Position numbers and translations under genes: made by a program. DNA of 64,000 nucleotides. Origin: Candidatus Rokuibacteriota bacterium (GTDB lineage Bacteria > Methylomirabilota > Methylomirabilia > Rokubacteriales > CSP1-6). Below the pieces are notes generated by a model. It was not told the DNA's origin. It saw only the letters and a list, made by a program, of their open reading frames with translations, and made no database searches. The DNA lies in NCBI GenBank assembly GCA_016188005.1, contig JACPIQ010000025.1:1-64000 (forward strand). Reading direction: 5' to 3'. Positions 8,168 through 16,781 of the stretch are shown piece by piece. Each line of letters begins with the position of its first letter. Positions within the stretch are counted from its first letter, which is position 1.

Positions 8168-11100
8168 TCAGTCGAGTCTCGCCATGAGCTGCCGTGCCGC
8201 GTCCCGGAACCGCCCCACGCTCTCGAGCTTGATGCCCTCGTAGCCCCGGATCCCGTCGGGGAGCTCCCCGATGGCCACGGCGGTATCGTGGTTCGCCGGG
8301 CCGAGCCTGGTCAAGACGGTCTCGATCATGCTCCGGTACTCGCCCGGCAGTGCCCGCTCCACCCGGCGCACCCGGGCCCGGCCGAAGGGGTCCAGCGCCG
8401 TCCCGCGCAGCCCCTTCATGGCCCGCAGGAGCCGGAGGCCCGGCGCGAACCAGCCGCCGAGACGGAGTTTCCGCTTGAGCCCCAGCGCCCTGAGCAGCGG
8501 CGGCTGGAGATGCCAGTGATAGGTGATGGCCTGGCCGAAGCGCGCCCGCAGCGCGGCCCCGAGCGCGGGATCCAGGTGCAGCCGCGCCACCTCGTACTCG
8601 TCCTTGTAGGCCATCAGCTTGAAGAGATAGCGCGCCACGGCCTCCGTGAGTCCCGTGCGCCCCGGCACACGCTCGGCCTCGGCGCGGGCGACTCGCGCCA
8701 CGAACTCGACGTACTGCCGGGCATAGTCGGGGCTCTGGTACGCGATCAGCTCGGGCACCCGCGCCTCCAGCAGCCGCCGGGCCTCCCCCTCGAGGCCGGC
8801 CGCGTCCACCAGTCGCTGAGTCTCGGGCGACAGCGCCCGCGCCTCGGCCTCGCGCCCCGTGGCCTTGCGGACGGCGGCCTCCACGCGCTTGCCATCCACC
8901 ACGGCCATGCGCCCCCACCGGAAGGCCAGGAGGTTCATCTCCACCGACACGCCGTTCAGCTCGATCGCCCGTTCGATGGAGGCGGCCGAGAGGGGCAGGG
9001 CCCCGGCCTGGTACGCCGCGCCCAGCATGAGGAGGTTGGTCGCCATGTGGTCCCCGAAGAGCCCCTCGGCGATTGCCCCGGCGTCGAGATAGACGTTGTC
9101 GTCCTTCCGAGAGGCGCGGTCGATGCTCATGAGCGTGCCGGCGAGCTCGGGGAAGTGCACGGCGGTGTCCACGATCATCTGGCCGGTGGGGATCTGGCTC
9201 GTGGAGATCACGGCGACGGTACGTCCGGGCTCGGCCCTGTCGAGATTGCCCGGGTCGGCGGCGACGAGGAGATCGAAGCCGAGGTACAGGTCGGCGCCAC
9301 CCGCCGAGACCTTGTTGGCCTCCTGGAGGGGGCGCCAGCCGATCTTCAGGTCCGAGACGACAGGCCCCCACTTCTGACTGAGCCCGGTCTGGTCGAGGCC
9401 GCGGACGTGTCGGCCGTCCAGGAGCGCGGCCGTGCCCAGGATCTGGTTGACGGTGACGACGCCCGTGCCGCCGATGCCCATCATGTGCACCGCGAAGCCG
9501 TCGGCGGGCACCTTGAGCGCGGGCTCGGGCAGCTCGGCCTCGAGCGGGGGCAGTCGCCGGTCGTTCTTCTGCGGAGGGCCCACCGGCTCCACCGTGAGGA
9601 ATGAGGGGCAGTCGCCGAGGAGGCAGGAATAGTCCTTGTTGCAGGAGGACTGGTGGATCTGCGTCTTCCGGCCGAACTCGGTCTCCACCGGCTGGACGGA
9701 GAGGCAGTTGGACTTCTTCCCGCAGTCGCCGCACCCCTCGCACACGCGCTCGTTGATGACGACGCGCCGCGCGGGATCGGCGAGCTTTCCGCGCTTGCGC
9801 AGGCGCCGCTTCTCGGCGGCGCATTGCTGGTCGTGGATGAGCACCGTGACACCCGGGATCGAGGCCAGCAGGGCCTGCGCCTCCAGCAGCCGGTCGCGGT
9901 GCCACACCTCGGCGATGCCCGCCAGCGCCACGCCCCGGTACGTCCCGGGGGCATCCGTGGTGATGACGATGCGCTTGACGCCCTCGGCCTCGAGCTTGCG
10001 CGTGAGCGCCGGGATCGCCAGGGCCCCGGCGGCGGCCTGGCCGCCGGTCATGGCCACCGCCCCGTTGTAGAGGATCTTGTAGGTGATGTTGGCCGCGGAG
10101 GCGATGGCGTAGCTGATCGCCAGCGTGCCCGAGTGGAAGAGCGTGCCGTCGCCCAGGTTCTGGAAGAGATGCGGCGTCTCGGTGAAGGGGGCGATGCCCA
10201 CCCACTGCGCCCCCTCGCCCCCCATGTGGGTGATGCCGATGAGGCCGCGGCCCATGCCGAGCGCCATGCCGTGGCAGCCGATGCCGGCCGCCGCCACGCT
10301 GCCCTCGGGGATGACCGTCGAGCGATTGTGCGGGCAGCCGGAGCAGAAGTAGGCCGACCGCGCCAGCGCCAGCGTCCGCGGCCGCCCCTTGACCTCGTCC
10401 AGGTGCCGGATCCGCGCCTCGGCCGACTCGACGCGCACCTTCCGCGCCAGCCGCCGGGCGACGGCGCGAGCGATCAGGTCGGAGTCCAGCTCGCCGGTGA
10501 CGGGCAAGAGCGGCCGCTCCTCCTCGTCCTGCTTGCCGACGATCCGGGGCCGCTCGGGCGCGCCGTAGAGGAGCTCCTTGGCGAACATCTCGAGGAAGGA
10601 ACGCTTCTCCTCGACCACGAGGATCTCCTCGAGCCCTCGCGCGAACTCGCGGAGGATGCGCGGTTCCATGGGGAAGAGCATCCCCATCTGCAGGAGACGG
10701 ATCCCGTGGCGCCGCAGGCCGGCGTCGTCGAGCCCCAGCTCCGAGAGCGCCTGCCGCACGTCGTAGTAGGTCTTGCCCGCCGCGAGGATCCCGAGCCATG
10801 CCCCCGGCGTGGGCACCGTGATGCGGTTGAGGTGATTCGCCCACGCGTAGCGGCGCGCCAGCTCGAGCCGCGCGTCATGGATGGTGCGCTCCATGTCGAG
10901 CCCGAAGGGCGGGATGAGCATCACGTTGATCTGGTGCCGGAAGGGGCGGCCGTCCAGCTCCACCGTGGGGATGACGGGGGCGATGCGCTCGGCGGCCACC
11001 TCGGCGGTGCCCGTCTCGTCGGCCACGTTCGTGACGATCTTGAACCCGACCCAGAGCCCCGAGGTGCGCGACAGCATGAAGCCGTGCTGCCCGAGGTCCA

Positions 11101-11644
11101 GGACCTCCTGGACATTGCCGGGGAAGAGCGTCGGCATGAAGGCGTCGTAGAAGGCCACCTCGGAGTGGCTCGGCAGCGTCGAGGACTTGGAGATGGGATC
11201 GTCGCCGGCCAGCGCCAGCACGCCGCCGTTGTCCCCGACGCCGGCGTAGTTCGCGTGCTTGAAGACGTCTCCCGTGCGGTCCACGCCGGGCGCCTTGCCA
11301 TACCACATGCCGAGGACGCCGTCGTACTTCGGCTTCGGGAAGAGGCCGGCCATCTGGCTGCCGAACACGGCCGTCGCGCCGAGGTCCTCGTTGAGGCCGG
11401 AGGAGAACACCACCTCGTGCCGGGCCAGGAGCGGCCTGAGCCGCTCCAGCGTGAGGTCGAGCCCGCCCAGCGGAGAGCCCCGGTAGCCCGAGATGAAGGT
11501 GGCCGTCCTGAGCCCCCGGCGGCGGTCGGCACGGTGCTGGTCGAGCGGGACCCGGACCAGCGCCTGGATGCCGCTCAGGTAGATGCGCCCCTGCTCCTGG
11601 GTGTACTTGCTCTCCAGCGAGAACTCCGCCGCCGTGCTCGTCAT
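8168..11644 (-). CDS. Indolepyruvate/2-oxoacid:ferredoxin oxidoreductase, fused alpha-beta type (IorA/IorB family).
   Basis: 1158 aa. It has a TPP-binding region (GDGTLFHSG, ITYKILYNGAVAMTGGQ), 4Fe-4S cysteine clusters (CEGCGDCGKKSNC, CNKDYSC...GDC) and C-terminal gamma/beta-like blocks. I chose the ATG at 11644 (MTSTAAEF...) over the upstream ATG at 11686. Confidence 0.85.
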   Translation of the reverse strand: MTSTAAEFSLESKYTQEQGRIYLSGIQALVRVPLDQHRADRRRGLRTATFISGYRGSPLGGLDLTLERLRPLLARHEVVFSSGLNEDLGATAVFGSQMAGLFPKPKYDGVLGMWYGKAPGVDRTGDVFKHANYAGVGDNGGVLALAGDDPISKSSTLPSHSEVAFYDAFMPTLFPGNVQEVLDLGQHGFMLSRTSGLWVGFKIVTNVADETGTAEVAAERIAPVIPTVELDGRPFRHQINVMLIPPFGLDMERTIHDARLELARRYAWANHLNRITVPTPGAWLGILAAGKTYYDVRQALSELGLDDAGLRRHGIRLLQMGMLFPMEPRILREFARGLEEILVVEEKRSFLEMFAKELLYGAPERPRIVGKQDEEERPLLPVTGELDSDLIARAVARRLARKVRVESAEARIRHLDEVKGRPRTLALARSAYFCSGCPHNRSTVIPEGSVAAAGIGCHGMALGMGRGLIGITHMGGEGAQWVGIAPFTETPHLFQNLGDGTLFHSGTLAISYAIASAANITYKILYNGAVAMTGGQAAAGALAIPALTRKLEAEGVKRIVITTDAPGTYRGVALAGIAEVWHRDRLLEAQALLASIPGVTVLIHDQQCAAEKRRLRKRGKLADPARRVVINERVCEGCGDCGKKSNCLSVQPVETEFGRKTQIHQSSCNKDYSCLLGDCPSFLTVEPVGPPQKNDRRLPPLEAELPEPALKVPADGFAVHMMGIGGTGVVTVNQILGTAALLDGRHVRGLDQTGLSQKWGPVVSDLKIGWRPLQEANKVSAGGADLYLGFDLLVAADPGNLDRAEPGRTVAVISTSQIPTGQMIVDTAVHFPELAGTLMSIDRASRKDDNVYLDAGAIAEGLFGDHMATNLLMLGAAYQAGALPLSAASIERAIELNGVSVEMNLLAFRWGRMAVVDGKRVEAAVRKATGREAEARALSPETQRLVDAAGLEGEARRLLEARVPELIAYQSPDYARQYVEFVARVARAEAERVPGRTGLTEAVARYLFKLMAYKDEYEVARLHLDPALGAALRARFGQAITYHWHLQPPLLRALGLKRKLRLGGWFAPGLRLLRAMKGLRGTALDPFGRARVRRVERALPGEYRSMIETVLTRLGPANHDTAVAIGELPDGIRGYEGIKLESVGRFRDAARQLMARLD

Positions 11645-11752
11645 GTGCCCTCGCGTCTCATCGCTGTCTCGGGGGATTGGGGACATCGCCGGCCTCGCGC
11701 ACCCATGGTAGGCCCGAACGGCGCATGAAGCAACTGACCCAGGGCAATTTAC

Positions 11753-12394
11753 TCAGGGGCTGAGCAGCGGGAGGAGGTGGGGCCAGAGGCGCTCGGCGAT
11801 CAGGCGATGGCCCTCGGCGGTGGGGTGGATGCCGTCGGGCTGGTTGAGGCGTGGGTTGCCGCCCACTCCGTCGAGGAGGAAGGGCATGAGGGGCACCCGG
11901 TGCTGGCGCGCGACGGCCTCGTACATCCGCCGGAACTCCTCGGCGTAGGGCCGGCCGTAGTTCGGGGGCAGCCGCATGCCCGCCAGCAGCACGCGGGCGC
12001 CGGCCCGCTGGAAGCGCCCGACCAGGGCATCGAGGTTCTCCCTCGCCCCGCGCAGGTCCTGGCCCCGGAGCCCGTCGTTGGCACCGAGCGCCAGGATCAC
12101 GATGGCGGGCTCGAGCCTGAGCGCCCAGTCCAGGCGGCGGAGCCCGCCCGCCGTCGTGTCGCCCGAGACGCCGGCATTGACGACGCGGTAGCGGTACCCT
12201 TCGGCCAGCAGCCGCGCGGCGAGCCGGGCCGGGTACGCCTCCGCGGGCGTCACGCCGAGCCCGGCCGTGAGGCTGTCGCCGAAGCAGAGGATGACGCGCT
12301 CGCCGGCGGCGGGCGCGGCGGTGCGGGCCAGCGCCATGCAGAGTGTCAGGGCGACGACGCCCGAGAGCGGAGCCAGGCGGCGGAAGGGGCTCAT
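11753..12394 (-). CDS. SGNH/GDSL hydrolase (TesA-like arylesterase/lysophospholipase) with signal peptide.
   Basis: MSPFRRLAPLSGVVALTLCMALA signal, then ILCFGDSLTAGLGV (GDSL block) and a C-terminal DGIHPTAEGHRLIA (catalytic DxxH). The start is the internal ATG of track ORF 11753..12673 -. It is divergent from, and 25 bp away from, the ABC ATPase gene. Confidence 0.8.
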   Translation of the reverse strand: MSPFRRLAPLSGVVALTLCMALARTAAPAAGERVILCFGDSLTAGLGVTPAEAYPARLAARLLAEGYRYRVVNAGVSGDTTAGGLRRLDWALRLEPAIVILALGANDGLRGQDLRGARENLDALVGRFQRAGARVLLAGMRLPPNYGRPYAEEFRRMYEAVARQHRVPLMPFLLDGVGGNPRLNQPDGIHPTAEGHRLIAERLWPHLLPLLSP

Positions 12395-12419
12395 GACCGT
12401 AGTGTAGTATGGGCGCATC

Positions 12420-13106
12420 ATGATCGAGATCGCGGGCCTCTTCATGCGGCTGTCGAGCGGCGGCAGGCCGCTGGAGGTGCTGAGCGATATCTCTCTCGAG
12501 GTGCCGGCCCGCCAGTTCGTGGCCATCGCGGGGCCTTCGGGCAGCGGGAAGTCCACCCTCCTCGGCCTCATCGCCGGGCTCGACCGGCCGAGCGCCGGCC
12601 GCATCACGGTCGGCGGTGTGGAGGTCACGCGGCTCGACCAGGACGCGCTGGCCCGCTTCAGGCGCGACACCATCGGTTACATCTTCCAGTCCTTCCATCT
12701 GATCCCGACACTCACGGCGCTGGAGAACGTGGCGGTGCCGCTCGAGCTGGGCGGCGACCGCGACGCGCTCGACCGGGCGCGCGCCCTCCTCGCCGAGGTG
12801 GGGCTCGCGGAGCGCGCCCACCATTACCCCGTGCAGCTCTCCGGCGGCGAGCAGCAACGCGTGGCCGTGGCGCGCGCCATCGCACGCCGGCCGCCGTTGC
12901 TCCTGGCCGACGAGCCCACGGGCAACCTCGACTCCGCCACGGGCAAGCAGATCATCGACCTCCTGCTGGCGCTGAACCGGACCCTGGGGAGCACGCTGGT
13001 GCTGGTGACCCACGACTCGGCGCTGGCCGCGCATGCCGACAGGCTGGTGCTGCTCCGCGACGGACGCATCGTGGGCGACGAGCCGATGAACGGGGCCATC
13101 GCGTGA
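12420..13106 (+). CDS. ABC transporter ATP-binding protein (YbbA/LolD/MacB-type).
   Basis: Walker A (GPSGSGKSTLLGL), Q-loop, ABC signature (LSGGEQQRVAVARA), Walker B (LLLADEPTGNLD) and H-loop (VTHD). Confidence 0.9.
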   Translation: MIEIAGLFMRLSSGGRPLEVLSDISLEVPARQFVAIAGPSGSGKSTLLGLIAGLDRPSAGRITVGGVEVTRLDQDALARFRRDTIGYIFQSFHLIPTLTALENVAVPLELGGDRDALDRARALLAEVGLAERAHHYPVQLSGGEQQRVAVARAIARRPPLLLADEPTGNLDSATGKQIIDLLLALNRTLGSTLVLVTHDSALAAHADRLVLLRDGRIVGDEPMNGAIA

Positions 13107-13111
13107 TCGGG

Positions 13112-15595
13112 ATGGCCGCGCGCGAGCTGCGCGGAGCCTGGCGGCACTGGGGCTATGCGCTGGCCTGTGTCACGCTGGGAGTGGGCGCGGTGGTCGCCGT
13201 GGGGAGCTTCGCCGATGCGCTGGAGCGGACGGTCGGCCGCTCGGCCCGGGCGCTCATGGGCGCCGATGTGGAGATCCGCTCGACGCGGCCCCTGTCCGGC
13301 GAGGCGGACCGCGCGCTCGACGCCCTGGCGCCCGAGGGGATCGAGCGCCTGCACGTGGCGGAGCTGGCGGCCATGGCGCGCGCCGGAGACGCGAGCGCGC
13401 TCGTCGAGCTCAAGGCAGTCCCGGCGGGCTACCCGTTCTATGGCCGGCTCACGACGGACCCGGACCGCCCGCTCCCGGCGCTGATCGGCGGCAGGCGTGC
13501 CCTCGTCCAGGACGCGTTGCTGGCGCGGCTGGGCCTTGCTCCGGGCGATCGCGTGTGGATCGGCGAGGCGGAGTTCACCATCGCCGGACGCATCACCGGA
13601 GAGCCTGACCGCTCGGCAGGCGTCTTCTCGCTCGGGCCGCGCGTCCTCATCGCCGACGGCGATCTCCCCGCCACCGGCCTCATCCAGCCGGGCAGCCGCG
13701 TCCGCCACCGCACCCTGCTGCGCCTTCCGGCGGGCGAGGAGGCGGACGGGCTCCGCGAGCGCGTGGCACAGCTCCTGCCCGACCCCGGGCTCCGCATCAC
13801 GACCTTCAGGCAGGCACAACCCGGGCTGCGTCGCTTCTGGGATCAGCTCACGCTCTATCTGGGGCTCACGGGACTCGTGGCACTCCTGGTGGGCGGCATC
13901 GGCGTGGGATCGAGCGTCAGCGCCTTCATCCGCGAGCGGCTCCGGACCATCGCCATTCTCAAGTGTCTGGGCGCCGGCTGGCGTCAGGTGCTCGCGATCT
14001 ACCTCGCGCAGACGGTGACGCTGGGGCTGGCCGGCGGCATGCTCGGGGCGGCCATGGGCACAGCGCTCCAGCCGCTGCTGATCCCGTTCCTCTCGACCCT
14101 CCTGCCCTTCGAGGTGGAGCCGGTGTTCTCCCCGGGGGCGATCCTCCGCGGGATCGCGCTCGGGCTGGGCGTCACGCTCCTCTGCTCGCTCTGGCCGCTG
14201 CTCGAGATCCGGCGCGTGCCCCCGGCGCTGATCCTGAGGCGCGAGATCGAAGGCGCCCTGCCCGGCCGGCGTCCCTGGGGCGCCGCGCTCCCCATCGCGG
14301 CGGGGCTGGCGGCGCTGGCGCTCTGGCAGGCGGGGTCCTGGAAGGTCGGCGGTCTCTTCGTCGGCGGGGTTGCCGCGGGGCTCGGCCTCCTCCTCCTGGC
14401 CGGGCGGGTCGCCATCGTGGTGTCCCGGCGGCTGCCGCGCCGCGGACCGCTGGTCTGGCGCCAGGGTGTGGCGGCGCTCCATCGCCCGGGCGGCCACACG
14501 CCAGCCGTCCTCGTCACGCTGGGGCTGGCCGTGATGCTCATCGTCTCGGTGGTGCTCCTCGAGCGGAGCCTTCGCAGCGAGATCGCGGGGCGCAGCCCCG
14601 AGCGAGCGCCGGCCTTCTTCTTCGTGGACGTGCAGCCCGATCAGGCTGAGCGCTTCGCGCGCCTCGTCGCCGAGACCAGTGGCGAGGCGCCTCCCGAGCT
14701 GATCCCGGTGGTGCGCTCGCGACTGGCGGCGATCAAGGGAGTGCCCGTGGCGCCCGAGGCGGGGCGGCGAGAGGAACAGTGGTACCTCACCCGCGAGTAC
14801 GTGCTGACCTGGGCGGCGGCGGCGCCGGGGCGCGACACCGTCGTGACCGGGCGCTGGTGGACGCCCGAGGAGGCGGCCCGCGAGCCGCTCTGCTCGGTCG
14901 AGGAGGAGATCGCGCGCACGCTGGGCGTCGCCCTCGGCGACACGCTGGCCTTCGACATCCAGGGCGTGACCGTGTCGGCCCGCGTCGCAAGCCTCAGGAA
15001 GGTCGACTGGCGGAGCCTCGGCGCCAACTTCTTCGTGATCTTCTCCCAGGGAGCGCTCGACGGCGCGCCCAGCATCTACCTCGCCACGGCGCGTGTGCGC
15101 CCCGAGCGGGAGGCGGCCGTGCAGTCAGCCGTGGTCACCGCCTTCCCCAACGTCACCGCCATCCCGGTCCGCGAGGTCCTCGAGCGCGTGGCGGCGATTC
15201 TCGAGCAGATCACGCTGGCCATCCGCCTGGTGGCGGCCTTCACCGTCGTGGCGGGGCTGGTGGTGCTGGCGGGAGCGCTGGCCATGACACGCCACCAGCG
15301 GCTCTACGAGTCGGTGATCTTCAAGGCCGTGGGCGCCACGCGAGGCCTCCTGGCCCGGGCCTTCGCCGTGGAGTACGCGCTCCTGGGCGGGGCGGCGGGG
15401 CTCGCCGGGACAGGGCTGGCCAGCGTGCTGGCGTGGGTCGTCGAGCGTTTCTTCCTCGAGGTGCCGTGGCGATGGCAGCCCGCGACGCTCCTGCTGGGAG
15501 TGGCGGGCCCCGCTGTCCTCGCCCTCGCTGTGGGCTTCCTCGCCAGCTTCCGCCTCCTCGGTCATCCGCCCCTCGGCGTCCTCCGCCAGGAGTGA
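13112..15595 (+). CDS. FtsX-like ABC transporter permease, two-FtsX-domain type (YbbP-like).
   Basis: The in-frame continuation of track ORF 11777..15595 + from MAARELRGAWRHWGYALACVTLGVGAVVAVGSF is ~828 aa. It has two repeated TM/FtsX halves (LVALLVGGIGVGSSV...; LVAAFTVVAGLVVLAGALAMT...). The start ATG is 6 nt after the ATPase stop; an alternative GTG at 13103 overlaps that stop. Confidence 0.8.
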   Translation: MAARELRGAWRHWGYALACVTLGVGAVVAVGSFADALERTVGRSARALMGADVEIRSTRPLSGEADRALDALAPEGIERLHVAELAAMARAGDASALVELKAVPAGYPFYGRLTTDPDRPLPALIGGRRALVQDALLARLGLAPGDRVWIGEAEFTIAGRITGEPDRSAGVFSLGPRVLIADGDLPATGLIQPGSRVRHRTLLRLPAGEEADGLRERVAQLLPDPGLRITTFRQAQPGLRRFWDQLTLYLGLTGLVALLVGGIGVGSSVSAFIRERLRTIAILKCLGAGWRQVLAIYLAQTVTLGLAGGMLGAAMGTALQPLLIPFLSTLLPFEVEPVFSPGAILRGIALGLGVTLLCSLWPLLEIRRVPPALILRREIEGALPGRRPWGAALPIAAGLAALALWQAGSWKVGGLFVGGVAAGLGLLLLAGRVAIVVSRRLPRRGPLVWRQGVAALHRPGGHTPAVLVTLGLAVMLIVSVVLLERSLRSEIAGRSPERAPAFFFVDVQPDQAERFARLVAETSGEAPPELIPVVRSRLAAIKGVPVAPEAGRREEQWYLTREYVLTWAAAAPGRDTVVTGRWWTPEEAAREPLCSVEEEIARTLGVALGDTLAFDIQGVTVSARVASLRKVDWRSLGANFFVIFSQGALDGAPSIYLATARVRPEREAAVQSAVVTAFPNVTAIPVREVLERVAAILEQITLAIRLVAAFTVVAGLVVLAGALAMTRHQRLYESVIFKAVGATRGLLARAFAVEYALLGGAAGLAGTGLASVLAWVVERFFLEVPWRWQPATLLLGVAGPAVLALAVGFLASFRLLGHPPLGVLRQE

Positions 15596-15598
15596 CGA

Positions 15599-16447
15599 GT
15601 GATGCCCGCCGACGGGTCCACGCTGCTGGACAGGCTCCGCGCACTCTTCCCCGAGGCCTCGACGACCAGTCTGCACCAGTGGCTCCGCGACGGGCGCGTG
15701 CGCGTCAACGGGGCCGTGAAGCGCGACGGGCGCGCGGCGGTGGGCGCTCGGGACAGGGTCGGCCTCGGCGCGACGGCCTCCCGCATGCCCTTCCCCGCCG
15801 CGCTCCGCCTCGTGCACGAGGACGCCGATCTCCTCGTGATCGACAAGCCGCCGGGCCTCCTCACGATCGCCACCGATCGGGAGCGGGAGCGCACGGCCTA
15901 CCGGATGCTCTGGAGCTATCTCGGCGCCGGGCGCCCGCCGCAGCGCCCCTTCATCGTCCATCGCCTCGACCGCGAGACCTCGGGGCTCCTGGTCGTGGCC
16001 AAGACCCCGGCCGCCAAGCGCATCCTGCAGGAGCAGTTCGAGGCCCGCTCGGTGGAGCGCGTCTACGTCGCCCTCGTGGAGGGCCGGGTGCGCGAGGATC
16101 ACGGGACGCTCGTCGCGCAACTTGCCCAGGACCGCGGGCTGCGCGTGCGCGCCGCCCGCGACGGCAAGGAGGCCATCACCCATTACCGCGTGCTGGAGCG
16201 GGACGCGGCCGTGACGCTGCTCGAGCTGACCCTGGGCACCGGGCGGCGGCAGCAGATCCGGGTCCAGCTCGCCGGCCTGGGCCACCCCATCGTGGGGGAT
16301 GCGCGTCACGGCAGCGCGCGGAGCCCCATCGGCAGGCTCTGCCTTCACGCCACGCGGCTCGGCTTCGTCCACCCGCGGAGCGGCGCCGCCATGCGCTTCG
16401 AGAGCCCCGCGCCGGCCGCCTTCTCCCGCGTCGGCCGCGCGCTATAA
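15599..16447 (+). CDS. RluA-family 23S rRNA pseudouridine synthase with N-terminal S4-like domain.
   Basis: An S4-like segment (LHQWLRDGRVRVNGAVKRDG) and the catalytic HRLDRETSGLLVVAKT motif, plus QQIRVQLAGLGHPIVGD. It starts 4 nt after the permease stop. Confidence 0.85.
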   Translation: MMPADGSTLLDRLRALFPEASTTSLHQWLRDGRVRVNGAVKRDGRAAVGARDRVGLGATASRMPFPAALRLVHEDADLLVIDKPPGLLTIATDRERERTAYRMLWSYLGAGRPPQRPFIVHRLDRETSGLLVVAKTPAAKRILQEQFEARSVERVYVALVEGRVREDHGTLVAQLAQDRGLRVRAARDGKEAITHYRVLERDAAVTLLELTLGTGRRQQIRVQLAGLGHPIVGDARHGSARSPIGRLCLHATRLGFVHPRSGAAMRFESPAPAAFSRVGRAL

Positions 16448-16766
16448 TCGCCGGGCGCGGGCGGGCGATAGCCCGGGTGCCCGCCAGGGGAAAACGGGAC
16501 TCCCGCAGCGCGATCGAGCAGCCACACGCCGTGTTCCGGCGGGCGCGGGCGGGCGATAGCCCGGGTGCCCGCCAGGGGAAAACGGGACTCCCGCAGCGCG
16601 ATCGAGCAGCCACACGCAGTGTTCCGGCGGGCGCGGGCGGGCGATAGCCCGGGTGCCCGCCAGGGGAAAACGGCAGGGGAAAACGGGACTCCCGCAGCGC
16701 GATCGAGCAGCCACACGCAGTGTTCCGGCGGGCGCGGGCGGGCGATAGCCCGGGTGCCCGCGCCTG
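16448..16766. repeat. Tandem array of ~88-bp units (3 full copies plus a truncated fourth; copy 3 carries an internal 14-bp duplication) filling the whole rluA-SDR intergenic region.
   Basis: Seen directly: CGGCGGGCGCGGGCGGGCGATAGCCCGGGTGCCCGCCAGGGGAAAACGGGACTCCCGCAGCGCGATCGAGCAGCCACACGC(A/C)GTGTTC repeated head-to-tail. The last partial copy runs into CCTGGTGAAGGAGG and then the ATG of the SDR gene. Each unit contains a GC-rich hairpin (GCGGGC GGGC GAUA GCCC GGGU GCCCGC). Confidence 0.85.
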
Positions 16767-16781
16767 GTGAAGGAGGCTTCC

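Noticed and set aside
8150-10844. The upstream ~900 aa of the 1074-aa minus-strand ORF 7620..10844.
   Set aside because: Only its last 177 codons (SodC) are real. The rest is an Arg/Gly/Pro-rich antisense-like frame overlapping the IOR gene, which has unambiguous TPP/Fe-S motifs in another frame.
11777-13111. The N-terminal 445 codons of the 1272-aa plus-strand ORF.
   Set aside because: It overlaps the GDSL esterase and ABC ATPase genes in a different frame and has no motifs. The real permease begins at 13112 in this frame.
16448-16766. A possible CRISPR array.
   Set aside because: The repeats are directly adjacent with no unique spacers, the units are too long (88 nt), and there are no cas genes.
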